A stretch of 64,000 nt of DNA from Phoronis australis (taxonomy: Eukaryota; Animalia; Phoronida), in the NCBI GenBank assembly GCA_002633005.1, contig NMRA01000219.1, positions 243,236-307,235 on the forward strand. Reading direction: 5' to 3'. The stretch's first letter is position 1; each line of letters starts with the position of its first letter. Under the pieces are notes generated by a model, which saw only the letters and a program-made list of their open reading frames with translations, was not told the origin of the DNA and did no database searches. The position numbers were made by a program, and so were the translations under genes. Below are positions 46,985-57,944 of the stretch, in pieces.

Positions 46985-47565
46985 AAGGGCCTTATACCGT
47001 ATGGATTGTGGGGTCGTCGATCATCAAACGGGCGTTCGTTCATTCCAGGACAAGCCCAGGGAGCACGAACTTGGGTTTACAGTCAGTGGGGATACAGAGC
47101 ATCTTTTGGCAAGGCTTCGGCGGACCCCATTGGACCCAGCTCATCCCCAAACTGTGGAACAAGCCGCCTCGAAGACCAGCCGTCGTGCATCATCCTGCAC
47201 TGTGCTGGCAATGACATTGGTCAAACCAAATTACGTACATGAGCTACGCACCACCCTCAAGGCAGATAAGTCTATTTCCAGAATTCACAACACATGTCCA
47301 CGCAGCACAATTGTTTGGCCCACAATACTACCACGGTTACCATGGAAAAGAGATATCATGGAAGTCATGAACACACCCAGGGCCAGAATCAACTCCATGG
47401 CGGCTAAAGCTGCTCTCATTCATTCTGGGTGCTATATCAGACACCCTTACCTTACGACGGATATCAGGTTGTTGTTCCATCCTGATGGAGTCCGCTTGTC
47501 TCCGCTAGGAAACGATATTTTTCTCAATGCCATTAAGGGTGTCTTAGAGCAATTCCCACTACTGG
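46985..47565 (+). pseudogene. Frameshifted SGNH/GDSL-hydrolase ORF (copy 2, with block V DGVR)
   Basis: Same blocks spread over three frames, plus LFHPDGVRLSPLGNDIFLNAI; the catalytic His is replaced by Arg. Confidence 0.72.
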
Positions 47566-48395
47566 CAGACCTCGGTTGTATGGTCAATACCTCTGTCAGT
47601 TATGCTTAGATAAGAGCCTTTTAGATGGTAGCTTTGTTTGGGTGTATCATCATGTTATATTATATTATATTATATTATGTTGTATTGTTCAAAAGCCCGA
47701 CTACTTTTTCCCACATCCCCTGCCACTCCTATTCGTCCCTTGCGTACCAGGGTCACGGCTTTCCACGCGGGTTGTGGTGATGGACAGGATTGTTCATCCA
47801 TGAACAACCCTGCCCGTCTGGCACAAACTGAGCCACAACACCATGTTCCTTACAATATCTCTTTTTATCACTCCGGCTGATCTGCTCACTCAGCTTGTCC
47901 GGAACCTGCTTTTTCAGGTTTGTTATAGCCCAGTTGGCTGTTTTGTACCCACTTGGTACTTTATAAGATATTTGCCCATTTGACCGTTTGTATACATTTT
48001 GTATTTATTGTTGTATTTGCCGTTTTGCTCGACCCACTTGGTACGCAATCAGCGAATACCCATTTGGTACTATACTAACTTGTGCCAATTGGTATCCTTT
48101 ACCCAACTACACATTGGGTATTGGGTAAATGTGTGTTTTATATCTCGTAATTAAGGTACCAATCTGGTACCTTCTGTGAAATAATTATTTGTAGAGCTGT
48201 GGCCGCTGATCAAACGTGTTGCCTGGCTTCAAAACGCGATGGCCTCACCCAAAAAGCTAGTGGGTTGGACTCAAACAAAAGCTAGTTGGTTGGATTCAAA
48301 ACTCGATGGCCGGAGCTATAACGGTGATCAACTACGACGCCCAGACTTCCTCAGAGACTTGCTTTAAGTATCTCGAAGGATTCAAGTGGCATCTA

Positions 48396-49699
48396 CAACT
48401 GATTTCATAAAGGTGGCTTAAAGTTAAACCTGGTTTTAATTGGGCTTAAACCAGGTTTAAAGATAATCTGCATTTCGTAAAGATGATTTAACTTTTAGAC
48501 CAATGGTCTAGTAAATCTGGTTTAATTTCAATTTAGACCTGGTCTAAGTCAATTTTCATTTCATCAACGAGGTCTATATTCCCTAGACCTGTATATTATC
48601 GTAAACCAGGTTTAACTTTAGACTTGGTCAGACCAAGGTTTAGTATCGTTAAATATGTCAGAGTTGCATGATATGGTTGCAACTGAATGATGCCGCGGTG
48701 GGCATTTACGACGCAGTTTTAGAGCGAAAATGGACTATTTGCAATATTCAGTTTTACCACGACACAAGATCAAACGTAGCAGGAGCGGATCCACGATTTT
48801 TAAGGGGGGGGTCGGTCAAGGATTTTTTAAAAGGGGGGACCAAGTCAACAATTTGAAAGTTATAGATTTGATATCGCTAAAATCAAGGGGAAAAGGGGGT
48901 CCGGACCCCTTGACCCCTTGGATCCGCCTATGCGTATCCCAGTACGTGCTGAAGAGTGTCCTTCAGATTCTTCAGAATACGAATGGTCGAGCAGGGCATC
49001 ATCGTCATAAGCACTACGGGTTTGACTGAAGACAGCATCTTCTGATTCTTCTGACAGAGTTTCGCCCCCACTGGTCCCCAATTTAATGTTGCCGGAAAGG
49101 GGTCTTTCCCGCCCTTTGGCCTCAAAAATGAACACTAAAATGACACATTTGGGCATTTATCATGTTGCGGCTAATTGTGAGCACGTACTTTAATGTGCGC
49201 ACGTGGGTTGAGCACATTTTTCTCATGAGAAAAGCTTTTAGACATTTTTCGCAAATGTCTGCACTGGTTCTACTGATTCCATTGTATAACCACATGATCA
49301 AAGTTTCATTGAAGCACTTCAATTGTTTCTTTGTTGGGTTAATCCAGACCGACACAGTAGTGTGGCTTGGATACTTTAAACCTGGCGTGTGTTCAGTAAC
49401 GCTAGGACCTACGCGGCTAGGACCTAGCTAAAATCTAGCCAAAGTCACGTGTCCTCATTTAAAATACACGGCAATATCTCACGTAATCTCACGAAGTCTT
49501 GCTTTTTAGCGAGATCCAAGCGTTACTGAACGGCAGGCTGGTTTTACTATACCGGCTCCTTGGTCTAACAAAACCAGGCTTTCAGACTTTTAAACCACGT
49601 TGATGAAATGCAGGTTAGGTCTAAATTTAGACCAGGTTTAGGAGGACCAGGTTTAAGTCTTAAACCTGGTTTGTTAAAGCACCTTCATGAAATTGGCTG
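48396..49699. mobile_element. PIF/Harbinger-like element with nested MITEs (48780-48931, 49381-49540)
   Basis: Imperfect TIRs CAACTGATTTCATAAAGGTG / CACCTTCATGAAATTGGCTG, 3-bp direct repeat CTA on both sides, subterminal AAACCAGGTTT repeats. Confidence 0.65.
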
Positions 49700-51557
49700 C
49701 TAGTGTTTATTTTTCGTAACCGTTGGTTTAATTTGTTTTGTTCGAAATCGGCGATTTGTTCGGCAATTGTGTTTTAAGCACCAGCTAACCCGTTTTAGGT
49801 CCGACTAGCCATTTTTGGGTGCGGCCATCTGGTTTTGAGGTACCGGCCAACCTGGTTTGAGGTTCCACCACCAAGTTAGGACACCGGCCACTGGGTTTTG
49901 TAATCCAACCAGCTGGATTTGAAGTCCTGCCAAGTGGTTTTGAAGTCCGACCAATTGTTGATTCTCCCCCCTTGATTATTCCGCGCATCGACCGAGATCG
50001 AAGGAATTGGTCTATACGCGGAATAACGTCTCGTGGGATATTTTTCATCCTCGTATCGACCGAAACCTCCGACCTTACGACCCTAGGACTGGTCGCGAGA
50101 GTTTGCAACCGAGTTTTGAACGAGTGTTGTACATATCAAATCAAGCCTAATTTTATCGCTTCGTTTTCGTTTTCGTTTTGTCATTATTGCTCATCAAGCG
50201 AGACCCTTGAAGTAGGTTAAGTACAATCAGCGATTTCTCAGTGAAATTAGTCATCAAACCCAACAATTACACTGGTATTTTTTTATAAGCACCGATCTGT
50301 GGCCCTGGCTGGATGCTAGGAATAGTTTGGCTTCTGATATCTATTCAACTCCAGTTGTATAGTTACTTTCGACAACCTATTAAACTGCATGCCTCGATTT
50401 TTTTTCAAAAAGACATTTTTGGGTGTTGAATTCGTGTTACATTAATTTATGGAAAGAAGTAAATTTAGTTTGTCAGTGTTTGCTCTGCAGTTATAGACCT
50501 AAATGAAAAGTTTAGGCCCAAAAAACAGGTGTATTTACAAACCTTTCAAAAGTTACTAATAATTGGGTACCTGAATATGTGTGTGCGTGTGTATTGTTAC
50601 TGTTTTCAATTGTTTCTATAATAACTCATTTGAGCAATGTTTACCTGTTGCCAAAATGCCGTTTTTGTGTAAGTTCAATTTCGAGCAGTAGGCCTATTGT
50701 TGTCTAGGGCTGCAACCGTTTTGAACCTATAATTGAATCGGAATTCTTTGGTCACGATTCGATTACCGATTTGCGGATCATGACAGTTCGATTATTTGCT
50801 TATGATATGAGAGTAATTCAAAATCCCCCCACCCCCGTGGCTGCCGCAAAAAAAACAAAACAGCAAGAGCGTAGGGAAATGTTGAGTTTATTAATTAACC
50901 CCGATAATTAAAATTATACGGATGAAACAAGATTTAAATGTGTGCAGTTTTAGTGTTGGGGGGGGGCTCAGATACAATTTCAAGTGTCAAATTTGGAACA
51001 CGGCGCATTCGTAACGGAACTATGGCTAAGTATAGGCTCTCCCGCGATATCCCAGGCGACCGGCAGTGGCGCTTCACACTACGACTCCGTTTCCGTCGTC
51101 TGATCCACTGTGCAGTGAAGAAAGTTTACTTCATTTTTTAAAGAAAATGGAATCTGAGTGACGATGAAAAAACAGAAGCTGCTGGTAAGATGTGAATTTC
51201 AATCGAAGTCTTAGTGAATCACTCAGAAAATCATAATCCTCTCTTTGTCAAACCTTAACTTAAGACGATTTCCAAAGCAATCCCGTCATTATTGCCAACA
51301 CGAAAAACGAATTTGGTCTTGTGAGCATTTGAAGACTATTTTAAATACAACAAATTTGTTGAGAACCGATTGCACAAAATATAAAACGTGTAATAAGCAT
51401 TACAAAAAGAAGTACGTTTCGCGCGCAAACGCTGTGGACTATAAACAAGTTGGTCTCTTATTAACAGCTTAGGAATTAAATTTTGGTGGTGTAGTGGTAA
51501 AGCACGCGCGCTCTATCCGCCAGGTGGTGAGCACGGGTCTGTGGTACTTGCATTTTT

Positions 51558-51683
51558 NNNNNNNNNNNNNNNNNNNNNNNNNNNNNNNNNNNNNNNNNNN
51601 NNNNNNNNNNNNNNNNNNNNNNNNNNNNNNNNNNNNNNNNNNNNNNNNNNNNNNNNNNNNNNNNNNNNNNNNNNNNNNNNNNN
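51558..51683. other. Assembly gap (second gap at 58259-58310; single n at 7333, 32353, 45841)
   Basis: Runs of n. Confidence 0.99.
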
Positions 51684-52798
51684 CATCTACAATCGTGGTT
51701 TGCGCGAATGCTTACAGCCGGACAAAATGTTGGGCCCCTCCTTGTGATATCCTAGATCCGCCACTGTAAAACGGGCAGTTATCGAAGTAAATAAAATCAA
51801 AGGACCCCCGAGCCAATAGCTTAAGCCCAAACAAGAACTGTGCATAAAGGCGCGTGCAAGTGGTAGCGACAGTATCGTGCAATTGACCGGGCACAAAAAT
51901 ATCCAAAGCCTGAGCAATAGTACGCCACAGCAGGTATCATTGAGCAGTGCAACCTGTGCTCGGCGCAAGACCGTTAGTGAACAAATCAGCTAGGCTGATT
52001 ATACCATTAGTAGCATCAGCTACAACTTTCACTGCAAGATCTAGCGTGACACTCCCCAATCCACAGTCTCCCACCCTGACACCACATAGATGGCGCACCA
52101 TAGGGGACTGGGAGATATAACTCCCACTTTTTCATTGCTGTGCCGCCCATGGATTTAAAGGAACCAAGGGAGCCATGGCCCCCAGATTCTATTTGGCAGT
52201 TTGGGGTGCGAATATCTGGCTAATGCTCTTCCCTGTCCCCCCTAACTTAAATTCCTGGATCCGCCCCTGTGGGGGCTATAGCCCCACTTTTTTCATTGCT
52301 GCGCCACCAGTTCGCCTCGGCTTGAACTCTCAGTTTATCATCGGACTGCTCCTCAACCAACACATCCAGTATCCTAACGTCCATTTTCGGAAATTCGACA
52401 ATAACTGGCGTGGTCCTCAGCATCACAGTTAATATAAAGAAACGTAAATCCGACTCACCGCGCGCCGGCAACAGTAGCAGCACTAACAACAGTCGATTTA
52501 AAAATTTGATCGCGTCGCTTCGGTCAACAAAAATAGGTCCTATCAGCCAGTTATGGATTTTCAAATTTTTGAATTTATTGAATTATTACATTATTGGTGT
52601 TATGTTATGTATTTATTTTTTTAAATCCATGCGTTTCGTGTATTCATGTGTACAGTGCGACTTGCTAAATGCGATTAAAACAATAAAAAGTGTGGTCGCT
52701 TCTCACCAGTGTCGTTGTATTCCTACGCGTATTGACCAAAGAGGAAGAAATTAGGACTCGGCAAAGAAATATGGGTTAAATCTTAGGTATGTGGTATA

Positions 52799-52960
52799 AA
52801 TGTGTTAAACTGCACGTGCTTTTATAGCCTATGGCTGTCTTATTAGCCTCGCTTGATGTGTCGTGTCAGTAATTTCACGAGGCCGGAGTGAAAATACTCA
52901 CACGGCGCATCAACCGAGGCTAATAACAGGCTATAAAAGCACGTGTAGTGTTAACACATT
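52799..52960. repeat. ~160-bp palindromic element just upstream of the paralog ATG
   Basis: AATGTGTTAA..CACGTGCTTTTATAGCCT..TTATTAGCCTCG..TTTCAC [loop] GTGAAA..CGAGGCTAATAA..AGGCTATAAAAGCACGTG..TTAACACATT. Confidence 0.85.
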
Positions 52961-53045
52961 ATGCAAATACGGTCTCTGATATAAATTCATAGATCACGTG
53001 CACGAGTCGGTAGGCATTCCATAGAGCACTGTGTGTTTCGACGGA

Positions 53046-53202
53046 ATGGAGCGGAAACGAAAGATTAGTGGGGTTCAAACCAGAAGCGATACCAAAAGAC
53101 AGCGCACTGAAAAAGATGTGACAAGCTGGGACATAACGAGACTGGGCGATTATTTAAAAGAAGAACATAAAATAGAACAATCTGTTATTGAAATATTTTC
53201 AG
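53046..53202 (+). CDS. First coding exon of a second SAMHD1-like paralog (remaining exons not seen in window)
   Basis: MERKRKISGVQTRSDTKRQRTEKDVTSWDITRLGDYLKEEHKIEQSVIEIFS aligns with exon 1 at 15351 (KRKI, KRQ, VTSWD, YL.EEH, SV...FS). It has the same phase-1 donor, and the first ~190 nt of intron are recognisably homologous. Confidence 0.75.
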
Positions 53203-55474
53203 GTAAGACATAATTTCACCTTATTTAATAACTAGTTGCCTGGCGACCAGCAATTGCTATGCTCGGACACGGCATCTGTTGAAACTCAAGGAGAAAGCAA
53301 CCACGTGTTATCAGTGTTTTTGTTAAAAGTTGTTTACTTCAAAAGTACAGATCCTTGTTTTTCTTGGACAGGCGTTTTCCACGTCCATTAGCAGCGTTTA
53401 CATGTGAGCATTTTCTCCGCTATTTCTTCACTACTTTTACGCTTATTTTTAAGCGGTAATTTGTAACTAGTTACATGATCATTTTCTCCGCTATTTATTG
53501 GAATTGTGCTCTAAGGCAACTGGCACGAAGCGAGGTTATGGAGTGCATGGGTTTGGTGAGTCACGTCTGGTATCTGCACGTGGCCCTAGTGAAAAAATGC
53601 CAATTAAAACATCCATGGAAATGGCTCTGTTATAGTTGCCCTTCGCCTATATTTGTTGAAGCCTTTTTTTGTAAGCAAGGCAGTCGAAATAGTCCATTTT
53701 CTTTTTAGATCGGTAATTTTGCCGCGCTGAATGTTTAGAAATTTTTAACGTGCGTGAAAATTTAGTTTGTGTATCATAAAGTATGCGCGGACTTCAACTG
53801 AATTTTCATACTCCACCGCACGTTTGCATTCGACCTTGAGTTCAAAATTCACGCCAGGCAAAATGGCTCGGCACCGTCTTAGCCCCACCTCGTATAAGTC
53901 CAATGGAGGGGAGTGAAGGTTGGTTTGATATAAAAATTAGGTCAAATCAAATTTCTGCAAGCCGGACGAAGATTTTTTATTTCTTTGGCAAAAGTCCTAT
54001 TTTTGTAAAATTTTAAATAAAATTGGAAAATTCTACACCAAAAATGAAAATGAAAGTTCTTCTTCCGGTTTGCCCATCCCCCAACCCCCTCTAAATAAAT
54101 CATTATACAAACGTAACAAGAGTGATGAGCGCAAAATATACAAACTGACGCTTTTGAAACCTGTGGATTTTCCAGTGTGTAATGTGACGTCACTTCCGCG
54201 TCGTTTGCGATGGCAGCCAAGTAAATAATGAAGTGCAAGTGCTTTTGTATCGCTTCACAGCTATTTTAGCGCAGTTGTGCACGGCGAAGACCAGTTTCAT
54301 TTTTATTAGAGTAAAGAAATTTGTTTTTATGGATTTTACGTAGTTACTTGGCGTTTCAAATGATTTTTAACCTTGTATTAAACTCAAATTGTGTGTAACT
54401 TTCAACTGAGGATATAATTTTCCATTTCAGTACAGATCACTGCGAATGCCTTCTGGGTACACTTTTGCCCTGTACTGTAGAAATCTAGAAACAATGTAAT
54501 GAATTGCTGTACGAAGCTGAATTTCCGTTATTTCTGTTCAGCTATAAGACGACTACATAAATAAAGATTGAGAAATACACGTGAAGAATGTTCATTATGA
54601 GAAAAAAGTTTCCATTTTTATATTAATATATCTCATATAACAAGATCTTCACAACTATCTAATTCTCAGACATAAATCGTCACATTCACTGTTGTGGCTA
54701 AGTACTCTAACTATGCCACCCCGGGTGGCAACAAACCTACCTTGTACGTTTCTACCATTGAATATTACCAATCACACCTAACTAGTGTGCCTCAAGCTTT
54801 CCAAGATCATCCAAGGCACCGGCAAGCAAACAAACTAATGAAAAGCCATGTGTGGGTATAATATAAATGCTTAATAGAGCTTCTTATGCTTACCATAAGT
54901 TATAAATAATCTAAATGATCAAATGCTTTACAAAAAAGTATACGAGACGAGTCAAGTTTTGTAATAAAACAACACTTGGTAAGAACGTTACATACTACAA
55001 GTCTTCCAAAATGAAGATACAAATTAATTAACGTGAACATGCGATAAGGACCTACAGAGGGAAAATAAAGAGAAATTAATTTTTTTGCAGTGACCAATAT
55101 TACTTGAACACCCAGCCCACTGAGCTTATTAGTCAGTTTAAACAGATTACAAGAACAGCAATGCACAATACAATTTGATACGAAACTTAAAAAAAAATTA
55201 AGAAATTAAGTGAACAGAAAATTTCGTCGTCTGTTATAAGCACCTTCTATAGTTCTAGCCAGATCATTACAAAAATAATTACAAAAAACAGCAACTTTGA
55301 AATTAACAGGTCGAAACCCGGGAGAATAAGTGTGATTTTATTAAACAACAAACTCTTAAATCTTCGTAAAAGGGACAAAGGCTAAAAAATGAATATAATC
55401 GTTATGTTTGCAATTTATAAAGCAAACAAAGTCTATTACATAGATGAATGTTAGAAACCCTACCAGTTTCAATA

Positions 55475-55723
55475 CATGCGCGCACCCAGCCTTCGACATG
55501 GGGGGCTCAAATTCCCGACGTTGTGGACCATTTGCTAACAAAAGAGTGGGCGGACTAAACAAAAAAAACGGGAGCACCTGTGTGAATTGCGACTTTGCGC
55601 TTATTTAGTGGACATTGGTCCCATTTTCTCGGACTTTTTGTCTCTCGGGGGCAGACCTTTTTGCCCACTTCGCCAATGGGGGCGCTCGTTCGAGCCCCCG
55701 ACCCCCGCCTGGGTGCGCGCATG
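55475..55723. mobile_element. GC-rich MITE, 15-bp TIR, 5-bp TSD CAATA (relatives near 180-437 and 13530-13675)
   Basis: CAATA|CATGCGCGCACCCAG ... CTGGGTGCGCGCATG|CAATA. Confidence 0.8.
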
Positions 55724-56049
55724 CAATATGAAGTGGAAGAATTTCGAAACGATATTGTGATAAAAGTGATGAACGATATCTGGTCAAACAGGAACGTGTG
55801 TGGTTTTCATTAAGAAGCCATTTTTTCAAAAATTTTGCAGGTTCTTAGCTTAAGTGATTGATTAACAATATTTTTCCAATCATCAACCGTCTTAATCAGA
55901 TTTGTTTGTAAAATAGTGATATTGCAATTAATTTTGGATTCAAATAATATATGATTTAACTGACAAAAGTTGAGCATCGTTTTTTTATCTATGAGGACCA
56001 ATTTGAATTGTTTTGGTTGTAGTCCAATTCAAAAGTTTTTCTGGTAAAT

Positions 56050-56810
56050 ATTCCACAATTAAAGCTCAACATTCTTTTCTACAGACGATCCATATTCATG
56101 TGATGATTATATCTCAGGGAAATGCAGCCCATGTCACCTCTCATAGCAGCAATAGGACCTGAGCTATGGAAACGATACCTCTATTTTGTACAAAGTTACA
56201 ACATCGAAAATCCTGAAATCTCAAGACTCCAGAGCAATATTCCACAATGGGTTGTCAGTAAGCAGGCGGAACAGAAATTGTTAAAAGTTTCGTAGCCAAT
56301 ATGTTCCAGGTTATGAAATTCATCTCCTTGATAGCAAGTAGCAGGATATGTTAATAAAAACAACTACGAGTTCAAACCGGTTTAAATCCGTCGTTCTTTT
56401 TATTAAGTTATAAAATTCAGAAATTATGTCACCACTGCTGAATAATTCGAAATTTGAGCAGTGTCGTTAAAATAGACACCCAAGTATTTGTACTTCGATT
56501 TGTAAACAAGATTTAAAGTTCAAAAAGTAGTTGTAGTTATGACAGCGTAAGTCTTATTTCTAAAGTTGCAACATTTGTTTTTCCTTAATTAATACAATGT
56601 TTTCATTTTTCTACCACGCAAAAACATGGTTAAGCATAATTTAAGATTTCGTTCATTTTCTGCTATTAAAACAATAATTGCGTACAAAATTAGATAAATT
56701 CAGGTTGTCTAACATAACACTTGAATTTAAATTTGTAATATAAACTGCAAGATCATTGAGGAAAATATTGAATAGTGTAGGGGATAGCACGTCTCCGCAC
56801 AAAACGATGA
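56050..56810 (-). mobile_element. Highly degenerate non-LTR retrotransposon RT relic (a further piece near 54850-55170)
   Basis: GDVLSPTLFNIFLNDL, YKYLGVYF and VQNR...AAMRGDMG remnants on the minus strand; KAFD remnant near 54920. Confidence 0.7.
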
Positions 56811-57944
56811 ACGAACAAACAAATTTACCAACTACGATTAATGGAATTGATATGTTCGTAAAAAGCTTATTTTCCAATATAAGGTGTCAGCGAGGAACAA
56901 TATTTCTGCGATATTTGAATTAGTACCATGCGTGTAGCCAAAATCAAATGCTATACATGTAATGTTAATTCATAAACTTCACCAAATTATTAAATTCGCA
57001 TTGTACTCATTTGTCTAGGTAAATAATATTCTGGCTATATAGACACTTCACTGTCATTGTACGTCAAGATGTCACAGGGACGCAGCCGAAACTCCCAAAC
57101 ACACGAATTCCGAAAAAAAATCGTCTCCTGGATTTCCGAAAATAGACCCACCGAAAAGTTCGCCCGTCGGCATATTTTAGGACATTTTTACGAAACTACG
57201 ATCGTGTGCCGGGTATTTACTGTAACTGCCTGCATGTTTTGAGAATCTGATGCTTTGTTTTAAAATACATATGTAAACATTTATGTATTTTGGCTAGATA
57301 TTATATTTTGGATCACTCAAGTGACTATCATTTGATGAGATATTGTGTGCCTCTGTTGGTAAATAACTGTATTATCACAATGTAAAGGACGGCTTATATA
57401 CACTGTCTTCGCAGAATGCGAATTAAGTATTGGTAAATAAAATTAGTGCAATACAACTACATACATTAAAAGGAACTTTCGCTTTAATTGTATCATAAAA
57501 TGTTTGCACAATTTCCAAGAATACTCCCTCCTTTCCGAAAATGCGCTCAGCTTCATTTGACGCTTTTGAAAAGTCGTCTACAGAATATCCTCCCATGGGC
57601 CTATTTTCGGAAATTTATGGTACGATTGGAGAAGGCCTAAAACCCCACCTTTTTGTATCATTAATATAAAACGAGTTTACAAGGGTAAGAGACCAGACAT
57701 ATGCAGTGCGAGTTTAGCAACAAAAAATTCAATGTTTGTTCATTTCAAAACATTTATCCTATTTTGAATGATCGACCAGGTAGGTAAACACTTTCGATCG
57801 ATGACGCTTATTCACCACAGTCGGAAATGTTTTAAAGGAAACAAAACGGGACAAAGGCAAAATCAATGCGCAATGTACAGTAACCTGGTTCCCGGGCCTC
57901 ACAAGCTGACGTCACGGATTGCTTGTGAAGGCCTAGCCTGGAGT

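Larger units (their letters stand above)
42470..47468. repeat. Tandem duplication (42470-45439 vs 45849-47468) joined at n 45841; probable haplotype overlap
   Basis: Copies are colinear and highly similar; copy 1 has an extra ~1.35 kb (42770-44115) and a MITE at its end. Confidence 0.8.

Noticed and set aside
46878-47609. 243-aa ORF as a functional gene
   Set aside because: Chance fusion of frames; only its C-terminal part is the SGNH reading frame, and the rest of the domain is in other frames.
48700-49010. Possible Harbinger transposase N-terminal remnant (RRSFRAKMDYLQY...)
   Set aside because: Short, interrupted by a MITE, and no DDE motif visible; cannot be supported by eye.
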